Below are positions 55,644 to 64,000 of a stretch of 64,000 nucleotides of DNA, in pieces (positions within the stretch are counted from its first letter, which is position 1; every line of letters starts with the position of its first letter). A model generated the notes under the pieces. That model saw nothing but the letters and a program-made list of their open reading frames with translations, was not told the origin of the DNA and made no database searches. Position numbers and translations under genes: made by a program. The stretch is from an uncultured Candidatus Saccharibacteria bacterium (lineage in GTDB: Bacteria; Patescibacteriota; Minisyncoccia; 2-02-FULL-40-12; GWA2-44-9): contig CAYHIK010000001.1 of NCBI GenBank assembly GCA_964356795.1, positions 3,111 to 67,110 on the forward strand, given 5' to 3'.

Positions 55644-57193
55644 GATTTCTTTGCAATCACGAACACGTTGTCATACAGATTAATAGGGATGCTAAGCGAT
55701 GCGAGCCACGACCGCTCGATGACGCGCGCAAAACGACGCACCACAGCAATGCCAGACCAAGAAGCAAGTATCGAGAAGACATACGGAACTGAAAATGATT
55801 TACCAATTGCACCCATTGAGATAACGGTAAAGCCAGCGCGCTCTAGAGCCGTACGCAGTCCAGTCCTAGAAAAAAGCACGAGATGCTCGGGTGGCACGAT
55901 GAGGTGCCAGTGAACACCCCATAATCGAGCCCAAACGCTTCCACTATCCGGCGTGTTTATTGCGATAACTCCATCAGAATTCAAAAGCTTATGCGCAGCA
56001 GCAAGCGCATCGTGTGCGCTCGGCACGTGCTCAAGCACGTCCCACATAGTTACCACTTCGTAGCGCTCACCGGAATCACCCATTGACTCAATCGTTCCCT
56101 GTCGAATATCGAGACCTCTCTCGCGACCCTCCCCAGATGCAGACTCAGATATCTCCACTCCACGAGCGCGCATACCGTATCGATTCGCAAGCGCCACAAA
56201 ATATCCATTCGCCGCTCCAACGTCAAGAAGTGTAGCATCCAACTTCACGCGCTCCTGAATCGCACGAATATATGCGACAAATGTCGATTCTTGGGATTGC
56301 TTGTCACGCTCATAGTCCGCATATCCAAAGCCACCGCCCGCCCCGTGAAAATAGTCCTCTCCATACACGTAGCTCGTGTTGTGAGGTATGGGAAATACAA
56401 ATACCGATCCGCACCTCTTTGATCGATACACCGAGTGTCCATTTCGTCGGCCCATCAATTGGCCATCGCGCTCATCACAAACAGGACATGTAACTTTTTG
56501 TGCCCGTATCTTCCATGGCCCCATAATTCCCTCCCGAATTATGAATCCCGAAATTTTTGATTCGCCCTCTCGACGAGCTTGGAAAATGATGGGGGTCTCG
56601 CGAAATGTAGCACCAGATGACACCAGGGCATATTTAAGCTCCTGAAGAAATGCGTAGCCGGATAAATCGATAGCATCGAGGTCGATGGCGCGAAGGGCAC
56701 GAGTAGTGATGCATTGGTATCCTGTCGTCCAATCTCGAATTGGGTAGCGTAAAATCGTCCGCACGTATAGGTTGGCCCAATAGCTTAATTGCCGACGCCA
56801 TAATTCCCACTTCGCAATTCCCCCTCCCTTCACATAGCGAGAACCTATCGCAAGATCAACGTTCTTCGCTGTTGAAATGAGCTCTGGCAGATATTTGGGA
56901 TGATGCGAAAAATCAGCGTCCATCGTTACAACTCGCTCGACTGATCCATCCTTGAGCACCTCTTTGAATGCTGAAATGTAGGCAGCGCCGAGCCCTTGCT
57001 TGCCAGGGCGAGACATTAATCGAACCGATGCGTGCTTCTGCATACTCGCCCGAACCGCATCAGCGGTACCATCAGGAGAATTATCATCAACCACCAAGAC
57101 GCCCACATCGGGCGCACTCCGAAGAATCTCCTCAATCAGAGATGAGATGTTTCCTCTTTCGTTATATGTGGGCAGAATGACGACCGTTTTCAT
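55640..57193 (-). CDS. Fusion of polyprenol-monophosphomannose synthase-like GT2 and SAM methyltransferase
   Basis: PTYNE, VDDNSPDGT, MDADFSH, GSRYVKGG, RREGESK; then CPVC, LLDVGAANG, WDVLEHV, PPEHL..FS. Confidence 0.88.
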   Translation of the reverse strand: MKTVVILPTYNERGNISSLIEEILRSAPDVGVLVVDDNSPDGTADAVRASMQKHASVRLMSRPGKQGLGAAYISAFKEVLKDGSVERVVTMDADFSHHPKYLPELISTAKNVDLAIGSRYVKGGGIAKWELWRRQLSYWANLYVRTILRYPIRDWTTGYQCITTRALRAIDLDAIDLSGYAFLQELKYALVSSGATFRETPIIFQARREGESKISGFIIREGIMGPWKIRAQKVTCPVCDERDGQLMGRRNGHSVYRSKRCGSVFVFPIPHNTSYVYGEDYFHGAGGGFGYADYERDKQSQESTFVAYIRAIQERVKLDATLLDVGAANGYFVALANRYGMRARGVEISESASGEGRERGLDIRQGTIESMGDSGERYEVVTMWDVLEHVPSAHDALAAAHKLLNSDGVIAINTPDSGSVWARLWGVHWHLIVPPEHLVLFSRTGLRTALERAGFTVISMGAIGKSFSVPYVFSILASWSGIAVVRRFARVIERSWLASLSIPINLYDNVFVIAKKS

Positions 57194-57196
57194 GCG

Positions 57197-58321
57197 CTAC
57201 TTCATTAATGAATCAAATGCCGCGCACACATCTTCAACCGTAATGCGCTCAACCTGACGGCGCGCTTCGGTATAATCATAGATGCGCGCGTTCATAATAT
57301 GCACCACTGGCTCCTTTCGCTCTTTCCAGAGCACCACTACGTGCCCCCGGCCCCGCGGAGGCTGCTCGCGCTCATCAACAGGCCCCACAATATCAACGGT
57401 CTTCACTCCGAATGCTTCGGCAATGTATACAGGACCCGTATCAACAGCAACAAAGACCTGCATTCGAGCCATGAGCGCTTTTAGTGCATCGAGGGAGAGC
57501 GCATGTGATGCATCAATGATTGGCGTACCGCTTGAAACAGCACCCTTGAACGCGATAACTTCTTCCGTGTCAGCTGGCCCACCGATGAGAATAATGCGCG
57601 CCGCATAGTGCGCATAGATATAATCGGCAACTCGCGCAAATCGATCAGCTCCCCAATTTTTTATTTTATTTCCGCTCGATACCGAAATACCAACGACAAC
57701 GTCATTCTCGCTGATAGAATTCTTTTGGAAAAAATTATCAATCTCCTCTCCTGCTTCGGAGGAAAATCCGAGATGCTTCTGCGTGTCGTCTGTAGTGATT
57801 CCAAGCGGCTCAAGAAGTCGTAAATACTCAGCCGGAGCATACGACCCCATGCGATGAGGTCGTGTGATCGCCACGATACTTAATAGTCGATACATCCGCG
57901 TATCGTTTGGGCTAAAGCCATTTTCAACGCGTGGAACCATAATCGCTTTTGCACCACCAAGATACGCGATAGCGAGCGCGGTAAAACTCGGAGCAACCGA
58001 AATGGCCACATCTACTGATAGTTGAGAAAAGCGCGCAAGAACCTCATCGAATTCTGTGAACGGTATATATTCATCAACGTCCTGATTATGACGAAGCAGT
58101 TCTTGATACTGTGGCTGGCCAACTACATACAGTTGAGATTTGGGATATGCCGACTTGAGCGCTCGGAACACGGGAGTCGTGCACACCATATCGCCAAGCT
58201 GCGCCATCTGAAATACAACAATGACTTTTGGGTTCTTTGGAGGCGTCTTTGCGAATCCGTGCAGCACGGCGTGGGCAACACCTCGAAGTAATATCGAGAA
58301 ATACGAGATTTTTTTATGCAT
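57197..58321 (-). CDS. Glycosyltransferase family 9 (heptosyltransferase-like)
   Basis: LGDMV...P..RALK..YP, KNW...F, DTGP..IA.AFG, ITVEDV motifs. Confidence 0.85.
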   Translation of the reverse strand: MHKKISYFSILLRGVAHAVLHGFAKTPPKNPKVIVVFQMAQLGDMVCTTPVFRALKSAYPKSQLYVVGQPQYQELLRHNQDVDEYIPFTEFDEVLARFSQLSVDVAISVAPSFTALAIAYLGGAKAIMVPRVENGFSPNDTRMYRLLSIVAITRPHRMGSYAPAEYLRLLEPLGITTDDTQKHLGFSSEAGEEIDNFFQKNSISENDVVVGISVSSGNKIKNWGADRFARVADYIYAHYAARIILIGGPADTEEVIAFKGAVSSGTPIIDASHALSLDALKALMARMQVFVAVDTGPVYIAEAFGVKTVDIVGPVDEREQPPRGRGHVVVLWKERKEPVVHIMNARIYDYTEARRQVERITVEDVCAAFDSLMK

Positions 58322-58973
58322 GATCGTGCTTGCTTGCTACGAGAAAAAAGGCGCTCGCAAACGCATCCTTTTCTTTTATCGATTTCTTGATGTCGCCATA
58401 GATAGCTCGAAACATCGAGGGCATCTTCTGTAGTATTTTCGCAAATGCAAAAAGTAAGAATTTACTCACCGCATTGAATCGCATACGACTTTGATATCCA
58501 GCTCGCTGTGCAAGAATGGCAAATGATGTTTGTGCGTCAGCCTCTGCTTCGAGTTTTTCTATTGTCCATCCTGAATGAAAAAGCTCTTGAAGTCCGTACT
58601 TTGTAAATCTCCAAAAATCTCCCGGGGCATCGTGTATGGGAAAGAGAAATGGAACGGAAACAATAATACGGCCACCCGCCTTCAGGCATCGACGCATCTC
58701 TGTGATAGCTCGGGCGGGTTCTTTGAGGTGCTCGAGAACCGACATGCATAGAACGACGTCGAATTCCCCATCTTGGAATGGAAGATCGTACACACTAGCT
58801 ACGATGTCTACGCCTGGGCCCGGCTTAATATCGATTCCCGTTCGGTGTTGGAAATACGAGCCATAGCTGGGCTTCCCATAGGAGCCAACCTCCAGCACCC
58901 GCGCATCCGAAGCGTACGGGGCAATGAGTGTGTCGAGCCTTTTTCTGCTTATTTTGTCTGTGAGAAAGCTCAT
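58314..58973 (-). CDS. Class I SAM-dependent methyltransferase
   Basis: VLEVGS, FDVVLCMSVLEH, PFLFPIHDAPGDFWRFT motifs. Confidence 0.88.
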   Translation of the reverse strand: MSFLTDKISRKRLDTLIAPYASDARVLEVGSYGKPSYGSYFQHRTGIDIKPGPGVDIVASVYDLPFQDGEFDVVLCMSVLEHLKEPARAITEMRRCLKAGGRIIVSVPFLFPIHDAPGDFWRFTKYGLQELFHSGWTIEKLEAEADAQTSFAILAQRAGYQSRMRFNAVSKFLLFAFAKILQKMPSMFRAIYGDIKKSIKEKDAFASAFFLVASKHDHA

Positions 58974-59054
58974 TTTTGCTAGACTTTACGATACCACGCT
59001 CGCACAAAAACAAAAAGCCTTGTATTTACTACTGTATACTATTAAGATTTCTCC

Positions 59055-59828
59055 ATGGAACAGAAGAGTGAAGCATATTATTACGACCTATCCCATAAGG
59101 AGGAACGCTGGGATCAGGGCGATAATAAGCGATTTATTACCCTCATCAACGAAACCGCCAAAGACGTACTCGAAATTGGGTGCGGCACCGCCAGTATCGT
59201 GCCATGGCTCAAGAAAGAGATTACCTATACAGGCGTGGACATTTCCGCGCTCGCTATTCAGCGAGCAAAGCAATTCCATGCAGGACGAGAGCGCACATCT
59301 TTTATTTGCGAATCAGTTGATTCGCTTAATCTTCGACCTGAAAGCTACGACGTCGTTGCAGCGTTCAACTCCCTTGAGCATGTGCGAAATCCCAAAAAAA
59401 TGCTGACACTTATACTGCGCGCATTAAAACCAAATGGCCACATCATACTCACAGGCCCAAATCTAGATTTACCGTGGAGCACACCGAATGGCATACGTCA
59501 TTATAAGGCTCATCAAATCTTCTTCTTTCGATTACTAAGAATGGGCGATTATATAAAAAGGATATTTGGATTTCTTCCTTTTCGCACGATTCCTGAAAAT
59601 TACACGGAATCAACAGGGAAATATGAGAAGCCAGACGATGATTTACGGCACGTACTATCCTCTTTTGAAGTTATCACATGGCTCACACGCAATCACATTG
59701 AAATAACATACACCCCTCAATTCCCTGCGTGCAGGAGCTACAAAGACTACATCAAGCGCGCAATCACATTTCTCCCAGGAATGCGCTACTACGGACGACA
59801 TTTTACTGTTATCGGAAAGAAGAAGTAA
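59055..59828 (+). CDS. Class I SAM-dependent methyltransferase (opposite strand)
   Basis: VLEIGCG, GVDIS, YDVV...LEHV, LKPNG motifs. Confidence 0.85.
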   Translation: MEQKSEAYYYDLSHKEERWDQGDNKRFITLINETAKDVLEIGCGTASIVPWLKKEITYTGVDISALAIQRAKQFHAGRERTSFICESVDSLNLRPESYDVVAAFNSLEHVRNPKKMLTLILRALKPNGHIILTGPNLDLPWSTPNGIRHYKAHQIFFFRLLRMGDYIKRIFGFLPFRTIPENYTESTGKYEKPDDDLRHVLSSFEVITWLTRNHIEITYTPQFPACRSYKDYIKRAITFLPGMRYYGRHFTVIGKKK

Positions 59829-60942
59829 ATTCTTGTATGCTACGAGCTCGCTTCGTCCAAGAATATTTCTGAACTTCCTCGCGAGCGCGGACTGCTCGCT
59901 GGGCACCATCAGTCATCGCAGTGCGAATGCCCTGCGCCATTGATTCGCTGTCATCAGGAGTCACGAACACCGCACACTCATCGGATAACACCTCGCGCAA
60001 TGAAGGCAAATCAGATGCGACAATGGGCGTGCCCGACGCCATGTATTCGAATAACTTCAGAGGAGATGTGTAGCGACTCGATATTTTTTCCTTCTGTGAA
60101 TTCGGTAGCGCCACGACATCACCCGCCGACAAATACAACGGCACCTGCTGATGCGGAACAAACCCCCTGAATATAACGTTGGCGCTACCCCCATGCTTCA
60201 TTTTATATACTTGTATATCTTCTGGCGTTCCACCGACAAATACAAAAAGCATATCGGGCAGTGTTACCGCCGCCCCCAAGAGCGTGTCGACTCCCTTCCA
60301 TCCATAGAGATGGCCCGCGTATACGACTATTTTTTTATCCTGCGGCAAATCGAGCATAGTCCGAGCATCGGCACGATGTGGAACATTCTTAAACATCTCG
60401 AGGTCCACACCGTCGGGAGCCACCAGCACCCGCCCCATGTACACCCTCTCAATATCCTCGCACAACCCATTCGATATGGTGATAATCCCGCGAATTGCGT
60501 GGAGCACCTTTCTATATATATAGGACTGAATATTCTTAGGCATTGAATGCATCTCCCAATACATAGGAAGCTTGAGCGACCGAAGCACGAAAAGCGAAAA
60601 TGGGTCGCGCGAATAAATCACGCCTTGCGCGTGAGCGAGGTGTCGGCGTACGGCAAACCCAAATGCTAATTGCTGAAGCCAAAAAAAGAATTTCGCCAGT
60701 GGCGCGAACGTGGTCACCGTAATGAAATCGGCGGAGGATAATTTCGTTATTTTGAATCCATGCTTTATTCCATAATATTTGATTGGATCTTTTTCGGTGA
60801 TTGATGGGTATGTGCGCCTATCAGGAATGATGAGCTCACACTCAACACCAAGCGATGCAAACGCTTCGCACGTCTTCATAATCTGAAGGCCGTGCGCCTT
60901 TGGTGTGGGGAGTTGATTATTCGCGACGTAGTAGAGCTTCAT
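59809..60942 (-). CDS. Glycosyltransferase family 4
   Basis: KAHGLQI, PDGVD, YAG....[21 protein letters not shown] motifs. Confidence 0.92.
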   Translation of the reverse strand: MKLYYVANNQLPTPKAHGLQIMKTCEAFASLGVECELIIPDRRTYPSITEKDPIKYYGIKHGFKITKLSSADFITVTTFAPLAKFFFWLQQLAFGFAVRRHLAHAQGVIYSRDPFSLFVLRSLKLPMYWEMHSMPKNIQSYIYRKVLHAIRGIITISNGLCEDIERVYMGRVLVAPDGVDLEMFKNVPHRADARTMLDLPQDKKIVVYAGHLYGWKGVDTLLGAAVTLPDMLFVFVGGTPEDIQVYKMKHGGSANVIFRGFVPHQQVPLYLSAGDVVALPNSQKEKISSRYTSPLKLFEYMASGTPIVASDLPSLREVLSDECAVFVTPDDSESMAQGIRTAMTDGAQRAVRAREEVQKYSWTKRARSIQEFTSSFR

Positions 60943-61952
60943 ATGCTTAGTCCCGTTATTCGGAGCACCTCGGACATTCTATCGAGATACGTATGCGAAG
61001 CTCGCGTGCGCTCAAATCCCGCCCGCGCAATTCGCATGCGCTCTTCATCGTGGGCGAGGTAGTGTGCAACTTTTTCTCGTATATCGTGCTTGTCGTGAAA
61101 TGGAATAAATTCTTCGCCCTCCCTGAAGAGATTAAAAATCTCCTTCTTATCGTCTCGATTCAGTAAGAATCCGCCCGCACCCGTGATTTCAAATGGGCGC
61201 ACATTCACGCCCGTGCCGAGCACGTCGGATACATGCATACTAATCACCACCTTACTGCGAGCGTAGATACTCGCCATCTCCGAGCTCGAAGGATACCCAT
61301 GGTATACATCGTAGAGACTCGTATCCTTCCAGGCCTTGTTTCCCCATACGTGCAGACCCAAGTCTTTCACGCACGCGAGAATGTGCTCACGATCCGCATA
61401 TCGCACGCGGTCATACGACCCGATAAATGAAATGGGATATTCGTAGTTGGTATCGGGAAATGCCATATCCTTGGCAATATCGGCACAGAATGGAAGATAG
61501 TGGGCGTGCTGATATCCAGAATCAGCGAGCGTGGACACAACCAGCGGGTCAAAGTTAAAAAAATGAGAATAGTGCGGTGCGATTCGGAGCATCCGCTGGA
61601 GGTGGTCCATCGTTTCCGGATACCAGTTCACGACAACCGACCTCTGGCGAAGCTCGTCGAGCATATCGAGTCCGAGCGTCTTCCCCTTTGATACGAAGAC
61701 GAGGTCGGGCTGGAAACGACGAGCAACATCGAGAATATGGCGGTCTACTTTCCGAAGCTCTCTTCGGTGAAGTGGCTCGCGGATTACGCTCGGGAGCTTA
61801 TCGAATACTCGCTGAGGCAACGTATTCGTCATCAACAGCGTTGTCCCTAAATAATCAGCAAACTGAACCTCGCACCCGAGCTGTTGGAATGCTCGCGTGA
61901 TTGGTTCGGTGAAGATTGAATATCGCTGACTAATGAGGAGTACCTTTTTCAT
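60939..61952 (-). CDS. CgeB/YkvP-like glycosyltransferase
   Basis: ISFIGS....R, Y..SK..I, N.RPFE..GAGGFLL, IARAG.ER....HTY..R motifs. Confidence 0.82.
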   Translation of the reverse strand: MKKVLLISQRYSIFTEPITRAFQQLGCEVQFADYLGTTLLMTNTLPQRVFDKLPSVIREPLHRRELRKVDRHILDVARRFQPDLVFVSKGKTLGLDMLDELRQRSVVVNWYPETMDHLQRMLRIAPHYSHFFNFDPLVVSTLADSGYQHAHYLPFCADIAKDMAFPDTNYEYPISFIGSYDRVRYADREHILACVKDLGLHVWGNKAWKDTSLYDVYHGYPSSSEMASIYARSKVVISMHVSDVLGTGVNVRPFEITGAGGFLLNRDDKKEIFNLFREGEEFIPFHDKHDIREKVAHYLAHDEERMRIARAGFERTRASHTYLDRMSEVLRITGLSI

Positions 61953-62802
61953 GAGATGGCTCGCCAAGTAATGCGATACGAATTCTGAATTTTACAGAGC
62001 CGTACAGAAGTAGCCACTTATACTGAATGCGGCGAAATTCGTACATAGGCGGAAGTGTCTCCGAAAAACCGTGACGCGCATACATCCACGCAATACGAAA
62101 CAGTGTCCGCACTAATCCGCCAACATTCCGATATACAATCCAATACATAAACGTGCCGAGTGGAATTTTCACCGCTTCACGGATCTGAATTTGAATATGC
62201 CCACGATTCAAATTTGGCTCATAGGGCGGAATCCCGCCGTTCGGCTCCACGATAACGAACCACGGATTCTTCATAGTCCCTACGGGAAACTTCTTTGCAT
62301 CAAATGCTAGTCGAGAATGAGGCGTCCGCTCGTGTCGTATTCCTGACGCCCGATTCATGAGTCTCATCTGGTATCCGGGATATGCCGTTGAATGTCTAAT
62401 CTCCCGACCATTGTAATTAATGTGCCCAGGCAATTGGTAGATGTAGTGCTTGATGGGGGTCGTCGTAACGATTGCGCGAATTTCTTCGGCAGTTCTTGCG
62501 GGAAGCTCCTCGTCTGTATCAAGGTAAAAATTCCAATCATAGCGCCCCCCCTCGATGGCCTTGTTCCGAAGTGCCGCAACGTCTTTGAGTCGATAATTCG
62601 GCTGGTCAGTATCGGCTTGCTTCACGATGTGATTCGTATACTCCCGAGCAATCGCGAGCGTATCATCGGTGCTATTGCCATCGAGAATGAGAATATCATC
62701 GAACTCTTTCAGGCTCTCAAGGCATCGACGAAGCACGCGACCCGAATTGAGCGTAAACACCTGCGCAGTACACGGTATCTTGTTGTTATCGCTTGGCGAC
62801 AT
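61930..62802 (-). CDS. Glycosyltransferase family 2 (WaaE/LgtF-like)
   Basis: T.NS...L..CLES, LDGNSTDDT..IA, RN.AI....YDW...LDTDE motifs. Start set at MSPSD. Confidence 0.85.
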   Translation of the reverse strand: MSPSDNNKIPCTAQVFTLNSGRVLRRCLESLKEFDDILILDGNSTDDTLAIAREYTNHIVKQADTDQPNYRLKDVAALRNKAIEGGRYDWNFYLDTDEELPARTAEEIRAIVTTTPIKHYIYQLPGHINYNGREIRHSTAYPGYQMRLMNRASGIRHERTPHSRLAFDAKKFPVGTMKNPWFVIVEPNGGIPPYEPNLNRGHIQIQIREAVKIPLGTFMYWIVYRNVGGLVRTLFRIAWMYARHGFSETLPPMYEFRRIQYKWLLLYGSVKFRIRIALLGEPSHEKGTPH

Positions 62803-63970
62803 CGTGAAATAATGAAAACATTTTCTTACTAATGACCTCATTGCTGAAGTGGGAGACAATGTATTCTCGCCCATTCGCTCCATACTGCCGTGCTCTTTCC
62901 GGATTCTGCACCAATGCAACCATTGCCGCGTAGAGCGCATCCTCATCGTTGGGTGGAACCATGATGCCCGTCTTCTGATCAAGCAGAACCTCATCAATGG
63001 ATCCCGTATGGGTTGAAATCACAGGAACACCGCACAGTGAGGCCTCGGCAATTGAGTATCCAAACTGCTCCTCCCACCCGTCGAGCGGAATGCTGGGATA
63101 GAGAAATACATCCGCTGCATTATACAGTGCTGGCAATTTCTCATTTTCGGTAATCCAGGGCACAAATATAACTTCAGACTGTAATCCAAGACTATCTACG
63201 AGTGCTCGCAGTTCCGACTCATACTCTCCGCTCCCTACAATCAAGAATTTTACAGCATACTCGCCCTTCATGCGCGCCAGAGCACGCAATGCAATATGAA
63301 TTCCCTTGCGCTTTCCGAGGGCGCCGATAAAGAGAAACACCTTACTCCCCGTCAAACCGTACTGCCGAGAGACGTCTTCATGATTGATGCCTGGACGGAA
63401 TCGTTGCACATCAAATCCTGCGTGCAAAAATGTGCCTATCGCTATGTCTGACCCAAATGACTTCAGAATGCGCTCAGCTTTATGCATACCGCAAATCGCA
63501 CCATCCGACAGGGCGAGCGTTGCGCGTATAATCCATTGCTTCAGCCGATACCTTAGGCCTCTATCCTTCTCTTTATAGGGAATATTCTCCCAGTAGTGGA
63601 ATACATGCTTCATGCCAAACAACTTCGCCCAGAAGGCATTATAGAGCGTTGAGAGCACATTGGGCTCTCCTGTAGTGAAGAGGATATCTACTCCCTTCGT
63701 GAATCGAATCCACGCGAGCCGAACGACAAAAAATGGCATCCATCCCTTCAGGAGTCCGCCAATCACTGGGTACTGAGAATGCGTGAAGAATGCCGGCGAG
63801 TGGAAGATGTGAAACCCCTTTCGCGTGAACGGCTTGAACACGACTTTTCCATGCTTTGCCGTCCAGTTACTCGGCAAAATAAAGAAGAGGTGCTCCCGCT
63901 CGGGATACGACTCGAATACATCAAAGAGATTCTGACGTGTGTAGGTGTAGCCTGAAACGACGATATTCAT
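62786..63970 (-). CDS. Glycosyltransferase family 4
   Basis: FIG.L..RKG, PS......EEQFG....EA..CG.PVI motifs. Confidence 0.9.
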   Translation of the reverse strand: MNIVVSGYTYTRQNLFDVFESYPEREHLFFILPSNWTAKHGKVVFKPFTRKGFHIFHSPAFFTHSQYPVIGGLLKGWMPFFVVRLAWIRFTKGVDILFTTGEPNVLSTLYNAFWAKLFGMKHVFHYWENIPYKEKDRGLRYRLKQWIIRATLALSDGAICGMHKAERILKSFGSDIAIGTFLHAGFDVQRFRPGINHEDVSRQYGLTGSKVFLFIGALGKRKGIHIALRALARMKGEYAVKFLIVGSGEYESELRALVDSLGLQSEVIFVPWITENEKLPALYNAADVFLYPSIPLDGWEEQFGYSIAEASLCGVPVISTHTGSIDEVLLDQKTGIMVPPNDEDALYAAMVALVQNPERARQYGANGREYIVSHFSNEVISKKMFSLFHDVAKR

Positions 63971-64000
63971 GGGCGCTCGCAGAGTGTGTTTATCGATGAA

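Noticed and set aside
62803-62997. N-terminal extension of the GT2 ORF to 62997 (and similar extensions of udg, ligase, murE, secD and M16 ORFs)
   Set aside because: They overlap upstream genes or regulatory signals; downstream starts fit the domain boundaries and the -10/SD positions better.

Overview
A 64-kb chromosomal segment from a small-genome bacterium. Gene content and protein variants point to Patescibacteria (CPR), probably Parcubacteria (inference); TGA is used as stop. Almost all genes are on the - strand. The left two-thirds is housekeeping: holB, murG, ogt, udg, lon, a beta-CASP RNase, a ThyX-like gene, murE-femX-ftsW-mraY-dacA, aspS, tRNA-Lys, a VirD4/HerA-like ATPase pair, secDF, gpsA, maf, secA and hpf. 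Single accessory genes are interspersed; they have Shine-Dalgarno sites, and most also have their own promoter and terminator. The right third is a surface-glycan cluster (priming sugar transferase, O-antigen-ligase-like/TPR protein, Wzx, two YfhO-like GT-C proteins, GT2/GT4/GT9 enzymes, five SAM-methyltransferase domains). Most notable observations: (1) two homologous ~150-nt nested-hairpin elements with compensatory base changes, in inverted orientation around a self-contained gene (30820-31628); (2) an orphan gene whose 3' end looks like a diversity-generating retroelement (DGR) variable region (9807-10253); (3) a structured element after tRNA-Lys closed by an antisense and a sense copy of that tRNA's own T-arm/3' end; (4) an exact 524-bp repeat shared by two YfhO genes, with inverted strand composition; (5) a split between apparently leaderless core genes and SD-led accessory genes. 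No reverse transcriptase, integrase, transposase, CRISPR array or rRNA was seen. All family assignments come from recognising motifs by eye, not from database searches.
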